Positions 1-13,901 are shown, counted from the stretch's first letter. The stretch is DNA of 64,000 nucleotides from Paraspadella gotoi (GCA_051294375.1 CM119264.1:3876247-3940246), one strand, 5' to 3'. Translations and numbers: made by a program. Notes: generated by a model from the sequence alone, not told the origin.

Positions 1-243
1 GAAGTAGTATGGAAGTGGTAAGTGGACAAGGAAGCGGCCGTGGGATGAGGAGAGGGTGTGACAGTAGCGAGAGAAAAGAAAGACGAGTCTCTCGGCAAAA
101 GTGAAAAATTAAACGCGGGAAATTCGCTCAACTCAGAATCAGATAAATTTCTCTCGTCCGTAAATAAGCCAGAGAAGGCTCTCCCCTTGGGCGTTGAATG
201 CAATGTCCGGCCAAAGCTCTCTGTCTCTGTCTGTATATATATA

Positions 244-291
<48 letters not shown>

Positions 292-776
292 GGACTTAAA
301 AATATACAATACCTAAAGATGGAGCAGTGAAAACGTAGAACAGTGGGGAATGTAATCTATGTAATATTATCTCAAAACCAACAATCGTGAATTGTTTATC
401 TCTCGCGCCGATAAATGGATAATGATAATCTATAGTTGTCATCGCCATTACTTCTGGTAAGCCATATGAGTTTTCATATCAAACCGTCGAAACTTTTTCG
501 GCGAAAAAAGAGTTGTTAACGTCTTCTCTCAGTGACCATTGACGCCTGCCGGGTGAGTTAAATAAATCGGCGAAAAGAGGTAAGTCTTCAGACTTAAATG
601 CGTTCTAATGAATTTGTCCTATCCTTATCCGTCGATAATCTTTAAACTTTCTCAAGTCTTTATAATCTTTATATTGTTTATAATCTTTATAATCTTTAGC
701 TTATAATCTCTGTTCCTCGACGAAACGTCAAATAGCATAAAAGATCTAATTAAGAAATTTAAGGAATTTGTCGGAT

Positions 777-1003
777 TTAACCTTCGCAAGTTTTGACGAG
801 GGCTTTACAATCGCCGTTGCAGAGATCCTTGTTGCCCTTTGCTTTCCCTTTCTCGTTAGTGATGTCCTTGCATTGGCAAGCGACCAACTGCAGAGAAATA
901 ATCACAAAGATTTTAAAGCGAATGACATTAACTACGGTAGAAGTTGTGGGATGAAAGGTCTGGAGGACTATGGACAACGATCCACGAATTTTTCGTTCTT
1001 TTT

Positions 1004-1081
<78 letters not shown>

Positions 1082-2630
1082 TTCTGACTCACAGCTTCTG
1101 TTTAAAAGCTGACATATATTATTCACGTTGTACAAAGTAAAATATTATCATTGCGCATAAAAAATTATTTCCCTTTTCAAACGTCGCCATAAAGTCGAAA
1201 ATAAATTGGTTTAAAATTAATCTAAAGTATTAAAAACCACCTCCGATTAGCCAAACACTTATAAATTCTTAAGCGATCATAATTTTTTTATTTCCGCGAC
1301 AGTTTCTCCTTCATATTTAAATACAGGGCTTCGTTAACAACATAAATCCCGCTCTCTACCTTACCCTTCCTCAACCTTATCTTCGTATTTCGGGTTCGAA
1401 TTCCAGATTTTTCCAATCGGTCCGCCCAATTTCATTCCGTAGGTTTTCCCGCGTCGCTTGGCGACCCCCTTCACGTAGCACTGCTCGCCGTTGTCCTTGC
1501 TTGATTGATTGATTGGGGTCATTAGATGGGCTCATCGTTTAATACGTTAATGAATTTGACCGATAGTGCTTCCGTAACGCGACCTGCACCCGACGACGGT
1601 CATAATCTTTTTGTGAATCTTGTTGAATCCTCGGATGGAGACGCAATGCTTGTACTCGCGGTGGCAAAAGACTTGCTTGCAATGCTTCTTCGGGTGGGAG
1701 GAACCGGCGTAGAGGCAAAGCTTGTCGCCGATCTTCTCGCTCTGGGGTCGAGGAGGGAAGGCCAAAGTCTCGTTACGGAAAATCCCTGGTTCGACGGACG
1801 GTTATTCGATTCACTAATCGTTGTCCTAAGAACTTTGTAGTGAAAAACTATTGAGTCAATAATTAACCCTCAATAAAAAATTTAAATGAACATAAATTGA
1901 CGAAGGATCCAAAAACACAGAAAATTGTATCAACCGAAGGATGATTAATAGATGAACAAATTGCAGATGATAAACGCATCGAATAAATGACATAAAATGC
2001 CCCGAAGTACGAGTGTTAAAAACTTTCAGATTGAGCGCAAGAGAAGACCAAAGAAGCAATGACTCGTTGGCAACCAAACATCAGGCACCATCAGGAACCA
2101 AGTTCATTAAACCTCTTCCCGGACTTAGATTCTATCCTGACCCACTGACCCCACTATCCTCCTTATAAACTAGAGTCCAGAGGGGGGTCCACCTTTTTCG
2201 AGGTCTTGTTGTACCAAATGTCCCTCCCGAAGACGAGCTGCACCGGATCCTCTCCGCCCCAACATTTTTGCAGAGCGAACATGTCGAAGGTCCTGAGATC
2301 TTCCTTGATCCATTTTTGCGTCTGCTTTTTAGCGTTGAACTCTTCCGGGTTGAAATCTCCCGTCTTTTGTTTCTTCGCTCTCTCCATCATCCGCTCAAAG
2401 TGTTCCTCTTCATGGTTTCGAGTTGGCGTTGGAGTGCAGGACGAGTAGTTCGACGCCGGCGCCGATGCATCCGCCGCTTCCGCCGCTTCCGCCGCCGCCT
2501 CCCAAGCTGCTTCCTCCTCCGCCAACTCCATCGTCTCTTTCTCTGTTAGCGCCGCCGCCGCCGCCGTCGCCGCCGCAGCAGCAGCAGCAGCGACCCAAGC
2601 TAAAAAATATCGCCGTCCGATGAAGTTCAT
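777..2630 (-). CDS. Putative secreted Cys-rich Ly6/uPAR (three-finger/LU)-like protein, multi-exon
   Basis: Exons read by eye: 2630-2193 (MNFIGRRYFLAWVAAAA... signal-like start, acidic Ala/Glu stretch, ...FALQKCWGG...TSKK|gtggac); possible mini-exon ~2131-2113; 1785-1584 (IFRNET...KLCLY...KHCKQVFCHREYKHCVSIRG...VVGC|gt); 1499-1376 (KDNGEQCYV...YEDK|gt); 887-777 (cag|LVACQCKD...KDLCNGDCK...TCEG*). The last three exons join in phase. The terminal CxC...DLCN motif is the hallmark of LU domains. The exon 1/2 join and possible further 3' exons (~480-590, ~140-220) are uncertain. Confidence 0.6.
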
Positions 2631-2870
2631 CTTTTGTTTCTCTCTTTTTTTCTCTCTAACCCTGATACTCGTCGGTTTTTTTGTAACCGAGTCTCGGTAA
2701 TACAAAAGTCTAACGCGAAAATTTAAAGTTAAAACAAAACTTATAAAAAAAGATGATGTTGATGATGATGATGATGGACGACATAAATAAGTAGTACGTC
2801 GTCTTTTAGTTGAAGTTCACTCACGTGTACTCGCTACATGCGATGACTCTCAAAGAATAGTTCATTATAT

Positions 2871-3095
2871 TTTTAGTTGAGCCGCGAGTACTCGCGGAGC
2901 AACTCAATAAGTCACTTCTGGGTCGGTCAGTCAATCGATCGGTTGGTCGATCAGTCTGTTATCTATCCCACTTATATTTCAAAAAGTCATAAATATTTTT
3001 TAACTTTCCCTTGGTTGCTCTTTTATTATTTTTGATAAGACAGGAATGATATTTAATTTAAGTGACTGCTAGCGACTCCTAGCGCTACCTTTTGT
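2871..3095 (+). mobile_element. Helentron/HINE (DINE-1-like) non-autonomous element, family A copy
   Basis: Starts ttttagttgagccgcgagtactcgcgg (palindrome), followed by a (GTCG/GTCA) microsatellite and the ...cataa...ctagcgc block shared with copies at 7795, 10351, 20545(-), 29980 and 40200. Confidence 0.55.
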
Positions 3096-3419
3096 TTTAA
3101 ATAAAATTGTAAAAAGAATAAAATACAGAATTCCCATGCAGTGCGTATCAAATTCTCAATTCCTCATTGGCCCTTCCACTGCTTGACTAGTCACAATATA
3201 TTTAAAATTACCTAAAAAAAAAAAATAAGATAAGAAAGTCACTGTGGTGAAACAGATTGGAATCACTGTTCTTGTTTATTTCCTTTGAAATTCATGTGTA
3301 AACGTCTGTAGCATTAATTAAAGTTTAAAAGTTACTTAAAACAAATAATTTAACCTATAATTAATTTATCTATCGAAATTCCTCAAACCTGCGGTTGACA
3401 GACGCAAACCCCCGACGCG

Positions 3420-3515
3420 TTGACGGGCGACGTCACCACTTCCGGTTCTAACGTCACGCCCTCGTACGCCAGCGACGACGCCACGTGGAGCAGCGCCGGA
3501 AGTAGGCGTGGCCAA
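3420..3515. promoter_or_regulatory. CpG-rich promoter-like island
   Basis: Dense cluster of motifs: GACGTCA (CRE-like, 3429), ACTTCCGG and CCGGAAGT (ETS, 3438 and 3496, opposite orientations), CACGTG (E-box, 3482) and GGCGTGGC (GC box, 3505). Lies ~800 bp upstream of the minus-strand LU-like gene. Confidence 0.5.
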
Positions 3516-4087
3516 GGAGTCGCGCGGCGTCGTCGCGTCGGCGAAACCGTCGTCCCCATCTTCTGGATTATTTAATGTGGATCGAAAAAGTCTTCAAAGG
3601 AGAAGATTCGACTTCATAATGTTGTTGTTGTTGTTGTTATTGTAATTGTGATGTTGGGGGTGTTGGGGAAAGAAAGTCAAAAACTGAGAAGAGAAGATCT
3701 TTGTTTTTAAACAAAACAGCGACTAAATTGTTTTCTTTGCACGAAACAAGTTTTGTTTACAAGATCTCTTTGTTCTTGAATCCTTGTCTTCTGCTCCGAT
3801 TTGTTCTTTTCGACTTTCCTAAAACCGAAAATAATATTTTTCCCCAAAATGTATTTACGTCGACTCAAATATTTGTTTACGAAAATTGTTTTTTTTCCCT
3901 CAAGCGAGCGATTAGTCTTTCGCCTTTTTAAAAAGAGAAAAGTCGCGTCGTGATTTAAAACCGAACGAGAGAAAGAGAAAGAGAAAACAGAAAACAGAAA
4001 AGCTCTCGTTTTGTTTATTCGTGTTTTTTTTGGTTTTATTTATTTTGTTGACATCGTATCTCACGCGTCCTGTGATTTCTTCTGCAG

Positions 4088-5570
4088 CGATGACGTGACT
4101 TGCATCAAAGGCAACTGGGACGTTGAGAACGCGAGTTCTCGCGACGCCCAGAGTAATTCTCGAACGGTGATTGGTCGTATAAAGGGCGCCGAAGACGATG
4201 ATTGGTCGGGGGACTAGATCCTAGAAAATTTTCACGCGCGCACCATGAGCGAAAGTGGGATGTCTTAAATCGCACTGTCGAAAGAAGCACAGTGGATTAG
4301 GAGAAGGAGGGGGGATTTAGATACGGCACAATGAATCAAGGGTTCAGGGAGGAAGTGAAAGCAGAAGTTGAATAACGATCCTGTTTTTTTTTTTAAGAAT
4401 AAAATTAATAGCGAAATGATTTATAATTTTGTACTTATATGTCATGAGAAAATTTAATTTTTTTTCGGCAGTTCAAATTTTTTTCAAACATACATTCAAC
4501 ATGACATAATCAATTAGACTAAATGACAAAAGGAAAATTATGAGAGAAATAAAGAAAGAATATGAAATATAAACTTTTTGTTTTATACAGACAATAAAAT
4601 TTAAACAATTGATTCCAACTTATAAATGAATTGGTTAATTTGAATTTAAGTGATTAATTCCGACTGTGTGATTGATTTGATTAATTTATTCCTTGACTTA
4701 TTATTTTGGGAGAATTCCTAAACTGATTGAATCCATTAATAAAAAGAAAGTCAAATTTTGAAATCTTAAACTTATAACTTGGAAGAGTTAGAGGGAACAA
4801 TTTGTCCGCTTGGTTTCTTGACCAGTGAAGAAGCGATTATAGGTAAGTTCAATTGATGAGTTTTTTTGCGAACTGAATAAAGCGGAGGTAAAGAGAGACC
4901 GTAAGAGCTGGACCGATGGAGTATAGGTGCAGGATGTGGACACAAAGGAGCAAAGGAGGATAGATATTTCTCAAGCAGAGGCACGAGAGAACAAAGGAAT
5001 TCGTGCCACATTTCAGATTAGCCACGCCCCCTCCTCCTCTTCCTCCTTTATCCTCATTTATCTGACATTAGTAATCGTTAAACTGATGACATTTTTTTTC
5101 TTCTCTGACATTTAAACTTCATTATGACGCGTGGAGCAAAGGGACGAAAGCTTCATCGTTCCTCGCGGTTGTCGTCGTTGTTGTTGTCGTCGTTGTTTCT
5201 GTCGTTGTTGTTGTTGTCGACTTCGTCATCGTTTTTGTTGTTTTTGCTGCCAAACCTAATTATCGAGATATTTTGTTTTTGTTTCTGTTTTTATTAATTC
5301 GGTTTCAACGGTTTTTGTTGTTTTTTTTTGTTGTTCTGTTTTTGTTGTCTAACCCCAGAAACTATGGCGCAGTCTCGAGGGATAGATGGCAGCACATCAC
5401 TTAAGTGTTGTTTTCTTTTGTTTTGCTTCTGGTTTGTTTGGTTTTTAAATTGTTTTCCCCTATTGTTTCTTCTTTCAAGGAAAAGCAATTACAGGGTCAC
5501 AGCTCCGCGTTTTACGAAGTTGAATGAGAGAGAGAGAGAGAGANNNNNNNNNNNNNNNNNNNNNNNNNCG

Positions 5571-5607
<37 letters not shown>

Positions 5608-5852
5608 AGAGAAGGAGAGAAGAGAGAGAGAGAGAGACGAGTCATTAGAAGGAGAAATAAGAAAAATTGAGTATTCTTCGTGTCAAACTCATAATGGTAT
5701 CGTTTCCACTTCCGTGCGAAGGTCCCCGCCGGACGTTGCCGACGCGCGGAGCAGACGAACGCCGAACTCCTCCACCGCCGACACCGCCGACCCAAAGGAC
5801 TACTCCGCTGACGCCGATGACGTAGACGAAGTCTTTGCCGCCAAATCGACTT
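4088..5852 (+). other. Possible fragmentary exons of an unidentified plus-strand gene
   Basis: GC-richer blocks with splice-like ends: ttctgcag|4088-4167|gtgatt (DDVTCIKGNWDVENASSRDAQSNSRT), ~4780-4841|gtaagt (GTICPLGFLTSEEAII), and ~5710-5852 (RRSPPDVADARSRR...DVDEVFAAKSTS). No recognisable family. Confidence 0.25.
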
Positions 5853-6243
5853 CGGTTAGCCAGTTGCTTAAACACAACACATCTGCCGACCAGTCGTTTT
5901 TGCCGCGTAAAGTACGACTAAGTTTTATAAAAAATAAGAAATGAAAATATGTTACAAATGTACGCATATATATCGTTTTCTTTCTTTCTATCCTTGTTGC
6001 CATTCTCTCGTCTCATTCAATTTTCCCCCTCTCCCCCTCTTCTCTTCTTTCCCTTCATCCTCTCCCCTCCTCTTCACTTCTTCCTCTCAACCCCTCCGCC
6101 CCCCCTCCGCCCGCCCCTCATTCCGCCGTAAAATTCCACTCATAAAATTCTGTTCGAATTCAGAAGGAGAATTCGAAAGCAACGAATGTAATTTTGGTTA
6201 CGCGATACAGTTGCTATCCTCTTTCTCCTCCTCTTCTCTCTCT

Positions 6244-6280
<37 letters not shown>

Positions 6281-6682
6281 CAGCCTCGATGTTTCTCTGA
6301 CGTTGTGGCGTTAGTCTCTCCCGGCTATTCTCTCTCATCTTCTCTCTCTCTTCCGCACTCCTATTCTATCGGACGTAAGAGTCTGGAATAAAAATTCAGA
6401 CTCGGAAATTTTTTTAACCTCCTCCTCCTCCTGCTCCTCTTCTTCCTCCTCTTCCTCCTCTTTCTCTTTTTCCCTTCTCTCTTCCTCTTCTTTTTCTCCT
6501 CTATTACATCTATGGGCGTCATCAGAATACTCATGGGAGAGACGCGTGTCTCGGGAGCTAGAGAGTGAGACGGAGTGAAGGTAAAGAAGGAGAGTGAGAT
6601 AGAGAGAGAGAGAGAGGGAGAGAGAGGAGAGAGAGAGAGAGAGAGAGAGAGGGAAGAGAGAGAGAAAGAGAAGAGAGAGAGA

Positions 6683-6722
<40 letters not shown>

Positions 6723-7064
6723 CGCGGCGTGGATGAATTAAGGTAAACGCGAATTTATGGAGAATATAAAAAGTAAAGCTCTCTCTCTCCTCTTCTCTCG
6801 CTCTCTCACTCTCTCAACAGTCGTTTGAGGTGCGTCGGTAACGGGAGTTCTCTGGGAGTAAGGGAGCTTGGTCAGGAAAAAATGATCGTAAAAATTGAGG
6901 CGAAAATAGGAAAAAAAGGGATAAAAGCTTGAGTGGAGATGGATATGAAAGAGAGAAAGAAGGAAGAAAGACATAGACATGAAAAGAAAAAAGAAAGAAA
7001 GAAAGAAGAAGGAAAAGACAGAACAGAAAAAAATAAACACAGAGAAAAGAAATCAAAGACGGGA

Positions 7065-7128
<64 letters not shown>

Positions 7129-7486
7129 AAAAGAAGAAAGAAAGAAAGATAGATAGCTCAAATTAATTATCGAAAAGTTTGGCAAAAATAAGAACAAGAA
7201 CCATAATGAAAAAACTTTACTAAAAAAATGACTGGAGTGGGTGTAGAATTTAAACCTCCGAGGAATTACTGAACGATTCGTATAAAAATTTTAACTCACT
7301 CGAGATATTTGTTATATTTATTAGAATCGTTATTTGTCCAAGCGAACTCGACAGGATGCAGCGACGCGGCGGACGCAGCCAGCGCCGATTTTGCTGCAAC
7401 CGGCGAGACTCGTCTCACCAAACAGCGTTTTCAGGTAAGTTAATGGGAGGTGAGAGAGTCTTAAGAAGGAAGTTCCTTCTCACTCC

Positions 7487-7575
<89 letters not shown>

Positions 7576-8845
7576 CACGGGCGAGACATTCCCCTGGCAA
7601 ATGGTAGAGCTTTTCATTCCCTCCTGAATTAAATGAAAAAAAAACACCTAGTATTTCATTTATTTTCCAATTATTTATCAATTAGCATTTAACATTTTTT
7701 ATCTCCTTTGAATATCAACTCGTGGTTTAATCCGTCCTTCCTCTCCAACAGTCGTTTTATCCCTTTCAACATCCATGCGTTTTTTATCCTATGAGTCACT
7801 TTTCGGTCGGTCTGTCAGTCGCTCGGTCGGTATGTTTATCGTCGGTCTGTCCATCTTACATTAAAAATACTCATAACATAGTTTGTTGCTCTTGTTAAGA
7901 ATAAAAATACTTCAAATTGAGCAACTGCTAGCGGCGCCGCTTCAGAAAATCCTAAAACTATAAAGAACAAAAGACGGATTTCCAATGCATGGGCTCAGAA
8001 AGTCACTGCGGCGCAATACATTTGATGAACCGATCTGTTTTTTCTGCATCCTACTTCTTTTTGTCTTTCCTTGCCTATCTAATTTTCTTTTCTTTTTTTT
8101 TTACATCCCACTTGTCTTTGATTTTCATTGCTTATCTATTTTCTTTCTTTTCTTTTTCGCACTCACTTTTTTACCCTTATCTTATTTTTCTAATTTTTTC
8201 TTTCCTATTTTCTCCTTTATTTCTACATCATCTCGTCTCACTTTATTTTTCTTTTCTTTCTCCACTCTTTTTCTTCATTTTCTCACCTTCTTCTTTCTCA
8301 CCTTTCTTCACTTTTCACCTTTCTTTACTTCATCCCTAGATCATCTTAACTGCACCTCCGATCACTCACCTTTCTGTTGACGGACGCCGACTCCTCCACC
8401 GCCGACACCGCCGACCCAAAGGACTACTCCGCTGACGCCGATGACGTAGACGAAGTCTTTGCCGCCAAATCGACTTCGGGTTGCAGTTGCTAAACACAAC
8501 ACATCTGCCGACCAGTCGTTTTTGCCGCGTAAAGTACGACTAAGTTTTATAAAAATAAGAAATGAAAATATGTTAAAATGTACGCATATATATCGTTTCT
8601 TTCTTTCTATCCTTGTTGCCATTCTCTCGTTCAGTTCAATTTTCCCCCTCTCCCCTCTTCTCTTCTTTTCCCTTCATCCTCTCCCCCTCCTCTTCACTTC
8701 TTCCTCTCAACCCCTCCGCCCCTCGCCCCCCCCTCCGCCCCCCTCATTCCGCCGTAAAAAATTCCACTCATAAAATTCTGTTCGAATTCAGAAGGAGAAT
8801 TCGAAAGCACGAATGTAATTTGGTTACGCGATCAGTTGCTATCTC

Positions 8846-8890
<45 letters not shown>

Positions 8891-8891
8891 A

Positions 8892-8940
<49 letters not shown>

Positions 8941-9217
8941 TCTCCCCGCACGTCTTATCTATCGGACGTAAGAGTCTGAAAAAAATTCAGACTCGGAAAT
9001 TTTTTTAACCTCCTCCTCCTCCTGCTCCTCTTCTTCCTCCTCTTCCTCCTCTTTCTTCTTCTTTCCCTTCTTCTTCTTCCTCTTCTTTTCTCTCTCTTAT
9101 TCATCTATGGGCGTCATCAGAATACTCATGGGAGAGACGCGTGTCTCGGGAGCTAGAGAGTGAGACGGAGTGAAGGTAAAGAAGGAGAGTGAGATAGAGA
9201 GAGAGAGAGAGGGAGAG

Positions 9218-9267
<50 letters not shown>

Positions 9268-9532
9268 CGCGGCGTGGATGAATTAAGGTAAACGCGAATT
9301 TATGGAGAATATAAAAAGTAAAGCTCTCTCTCACTCTCTCTCTCTCGCTCTCTCACTCTCTCAACAGTCGTTATGAGGTGCGTCGGTAACGGGAGTTCCT
9401 CTGGGAGCTAAGGGAGCTTGGTCAGGAAAAAAATGATCGTAAAAATTGAGGCGAAAATAGGAAAAAAAGGGATAAAAGCTTGAGTGGAGATGGATATGAA
9501 AGAGAGAAAGAAGGATAGAAAGACATAGACAT

Positions 9533-9563
<31 letters not shown>

Positions 9564-9616
9564 AGGAAAGACAGAGACAGAAAAAAATAAACACAGAGAA
9601 AAGAATCAAAGAGGGA

Positions 9617-9715
<99 letters not shown>

Positions 9716-10052
9716 CTCAAATTAAATTATCGTAAAAGTTTGGCAAAAATAAGAACCAAGAACCATAATGAAAAACTTTACTAAAAAAAATGACTGGAGT
9801 GGAGTGTAGAATTTAAACCTCCGAGAGAATTACTGAAACGATTCGTATAAAAATTTTAACTCACTCGAGATATTTGTTATATTTATTAGAATCGTTATTT
9901 GTCCAAGCGAACTCGACAGGATGCAGCGACGCGGCGACGCAGCCAGCGCCGATTTTGCTGCACCGGCGAGACTCGTCTCACCAAACAGCGTTTTCAGGTA
10001 AGTTAATGGGAGGTGAGAGAGTCTTAAAGAACGAGTTCTTCTCACTCCACCC

Positions 10053-10134
<82 letters not shown>

Positions 10135-10940
10135 GGGCGAGACATTCCCCTGGCAAATGGTAGAGCTTTTCATTCCCTCCTGATTAATATGAAAAAAAAA
10201 ACACCTAGTATTTCATTTATTTTCCAATTATTTATCAATTAGCATTTAACATTTTTTATCTCCTTTGAATATCAACTCGTGGTTTAATCCGTCCTTCCTC
10301 TCCAACAGTCGTTTTATCCCTTTCAACATCCATGCGTTTTTTATCCTATGAGTCACTTTTCGGTCGGTCTGTCAGTCGCTCGGTCGGTATGTCTTATCGT
10401 CGGTCTGTCCATCTTACATTAAAAATACTCATAACAATAGTTTGTTGCTCTTTGTTAAGAATAAAAATACTCAAATTTGAGCAACTGCTAGCGCCGCTTT
10501 CAGAAAATCCTAAAACTATAAAGAACAAAAGACGGATTTCCAATGCATGGGCTCAGAAAGTCACTGCGGCGCAATACATTTGATGAACCGATCTTGTTTT
10601 TCTGCATCCTACTTCTTTTTGTCTTTCCTTGCCTATCTATTTTCTTTTCTTTTTTTTTACATCCCACTTGTCTTTGATTTTCATTGCTTATCTATTTTCT
10701 TTCTTTCTTTTTTTTCGCACTCACTTTTTTTTACCTTATCTTATTTTTCTAATTTTTTCTTCCTATTTTCTCCTTTATTTCTACATCATCTCGTCTCACT
10801 TTATTTTTTCTTTTTCTTTCCTCCACTCTTTTTCTTCATTTTCTCACCTTTCTTCTTTTTCTCACCTTTCTTCACTTTCTCACCTTTCCTTTACTTCATC
10901 CCTAAGATCATCTTAACTCACCTCCGATCACTCACCTTTC
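5755..10940 (+). repeat. Tandem duplication of ~2.6 kb (5755-8375 repeated at ~8379-10940)
   Basis: Near-identical sequence (e.g. gccgacaccgccgacccaaaggactactcc at 5777 and 8401; gatcactcacctttct at both ends). Differences are mostly small indels. Bracketed by N gaps at 5544-5568 and 11099-11108. Confidence 0.9.
7795..8015 (+). mobile_element. HINE-like family A copy (duplicated at ~10351-10575)
   Basis: gtcacttttcggtcggtctgtcagtc...ctcataac...ctgctagcggcgcc...gtcactgcggcgcaa matches the 29980-30300 copy. Confidence 0.55.
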
Positions 10941-11828
10941 TCCATCACCCTCTTTTTCTCCAGCACGTCATCGTCTTTCCCCATCCTCCTCCTCCTCCTC
11001 CTCCTCCTCCTCCTCCGGAATATTTTCCAATAAAGGCTTTTCGAACCGAGATTTCTCTCATTAGCATTTTCTGCCCAACGAATATCCCTGGAATTCTANN
11101 NNNNNNNNATCGGGAATTTAAAAGCTATCGACTTATCTTTTTTTTTCTCATTTTTTTTTACAAAATTCTTTCATCGTTTATTTTTTTTAAATAAAAAAAA
11201 AAAGATTTAAACGGACGGAATTTGTTGAAGATTAGTTTTTTTTACTAAATGCGGCGCCTTTTCTGCATTTAAAAAGGCATGCCATCTCTCTCTCACTCTC
11301 TCTCTCTCTCTGTGTCTCTCCTTTTTCTCTCCTTCCAAAATATAAATTTAACATTTTCGAATATAAGAACAATGCAGTTATTCACCTGTAATTGTTAATT
11401 TTATGATTCACTCCGTGACACAAATTAAGCGGGAGTGGAAGACGCCATCGTTAGACCGAGAGAATGCGCTACTGGCCGGCGATTGAGATGAGCCTGACGA
11501 TGCTAAAAACAATGTACCCGTAAATGTATATTATAAGTTAATAATAAAAGTAGACCAGAGAGAGATGGCTCAAATTTTTCGGACGATTTAATAACCAACC
11601 GCCTCCCGCATTGCTTTCGCTTAGGATATCAAAATGATTCTTTCTAAACGCAAAGAAACAAGATCCCGTTTCTGTCTGAACCAACCCCCACCTTTATTTA
11701 AGTTATCTTCCTCTTTATTCTATTTTCTACATTGTATTATCCATAGTTTAAACTTTTAACTTTTAAATTCTCCTTTTTTTTCCTCCTCCACTTTCCTTTA
11801 CTCTTTCTCCTGTTTGCTTCTGCATTAG

Positions 11829-12335
11829 AGCGGAGTGAAAGTTACATACGAAAATTCTAAATGTCAATTATGAACAACATACCATCAGTGAACATTAATT
11901 TGTAAAAAAAAATAATTTTATGTTCTTCAATTTTCGCATTAGGCTATATAGTACTCTCCTTATAAAATCGAAAAATTTTAAAATAGGCTTTTCTTAATTT
12001 TGATTGCAGATTTGAATTCCTCGTCAAAAGTTGATAAAAGAAAATATAAATGATTTTTAAAAATTCTTTCATTAAGTGGGTTAAAAATTTAAAAAAACGA
12101 TATTTAGTATATAAAATTTTAATTTTCAGCTTAAAATATAGGTTTTTTATATATTTGATCAACCTAATGAAATACTTTTTTAAAAAGAGTTATATTTCTT
12201 CATATCAACTTTTCATGACGAAACCAAATCTGCAAAAAAATCTTACAAAAACTATTTTGAAATTTTAACATTTATTGGATAATAGTAGTATAAATATGGC
12301 CTATTAATTATAAAATTTTTTTATACATAAATGTT
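11829..12335 (+). mobile_element. MITE family B copy (diverged, 3'-truncated)
   Basis: gtgaaagttacatacgaaaattctaa...caacataccatcagtgaacattaatttgt matches the copies at 31699, 42039 and 45389. Confidence 0.75.
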
Positions 12336-13089
12336 TATGAGAAATACCGACGGAAAAGTGAAATATAGAGTCACGGTTGCAGCCGTTGCTAAAAGAAGGC
12401 TGGAGAAAAATATTTGGTCTTCGTTTTCATATTAGTTTTTCTGTGTTTATGTGCGAGAACGTGAGTAAAAGAGAGATTTCCCTCGAGTCGAATCAGATAC
12501 AAAAGATGAAGATATATGGAAAGAAACATCCGCTTCTCTTATTCTTAATGTCCGATCAAAAAGTGGTCACTGTTGAACTTAAAGTGTGTTCGAAATTGGC
12601 CGGAGGTCGGAGGCCGGAGGCCGGATCCAAACCCCTGACCAATTCGTGAACACTTTACCTCAATTATAAAACCAAAATAAAATTGACTCTTCGTTAAACC
12701 ATTAAGCCAATAGAACCAACAATGTACCAGTCAATTTTAACAACAGTCTATCAGTGAATTGTGAAAGTCAAAAAACTCGTATTAACTCATGAACTCGTCG
12801 GCCCCATTAACTCAACTCTTCACTTTTTTTTGACAAATGGTGTTTTCTGCTATTCATGCCCTTCGAATAAGAAAAAAAATGAAAAAAAGGAAAAAAAAAA
12901 TCAGAGCCAATTTGTCTTTGTCAGCGTTTGTTTCCTTCTGCTTTATTTTGTTTTGTTTCTTCAGACGTTCGCTCGCGCCATCTCCGAAAAAGCGAAAACG
13001 ATGTGAAAAAAAGGGGACGGATGGGGGATGGGGCAGGGAGTGAGGTGGGCTGAAAAAAAGGGGTGGAAGGAGAGGGGGGAAATACGCTT

Positions 13090-13260
13090 CAAAGGGGAGA
13101 GAGAGAGAGAAAGAGAGAGAGAAAACAAAATGCAAAAGAAAAAGAGAGAGAAAGACGCTGAAAGTAAAAGAGAGAAAGAGGCGTAAACATCAACATCAAT
13201 CTGATATAACGCACCTGCTGTTGTAGTATGTACAAGAGAGAGAGAGAGAGAGAGAGAGAA
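13090..13260 (+). repeat. ~160-bp dispersed repeat, second copy at ~16232-16400
   Basis: gagaaaacaaaatgcaaaagaaaaag...gacgctgaaagtaaaagagagaaagaggcgtaaacatcaa...aacgcacctgctgttgtagtatgtacaagagaga occurs at both places. Confidence 0.85.
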
Positions 13261-13901
13261 AGAAAGAAAAAGAGGGTCCGAATAAATTACTTTCTCAAAT
13301 AATATAATTCTAAATCACAGAATCTTTCTTTCTTCTCTAATCCTATTAAAGAATTAGATTTTTTTTTCCTCGTTGATGTTTCGGCTTAACTAGGATCCCT
13401 ATGTCTCCGGCCAGGATACAGATTTTCGATGCATTTCGTCTTTTATTTGTTTACTTTGAAGCCAAATTTAAATAATAATCTCCAATAGAAGTCTCGAGGC
13501 CGAAGTTTCTCTGGGGTTTTTCCATTTGATATTTAAATAAAAAGAGGTCGGTTATTTAAAGGCGCGACTTTGTCGTTGAAGAATATTATAAAAAAATATT
13601 ATTTCTGTTGAATTTTTTACTTTTTACCCTTAATTAGGTCATAAGTTATTTCTATTTTTTTAAAAAGATATTAAAGTTATTGAATGAGTCATATTAATAA
13701 GTGTGAAGGAGGCCAAAAACAACCAAAGCCTGTCCCGTTACATTGGTGTACCAATTTAATATATATTTTTTCATGACAATCAAATAAAATAATAATGTAT
13801 AATATAAAAAAAATTCGATTAAAAATTTACATTTCCTAGTCGCTTTCCGCGACTCAAAATCGTTTATATTTTATCTCCGTAGGATTAAACACAATTTCTC
13901 A

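Noticed and set aside
1391-1404. B-box-like GGTTCGAATTCC
   Set aside because: No cloverleaf around it; it lies antisense within a coding exon of the LU-like gene.
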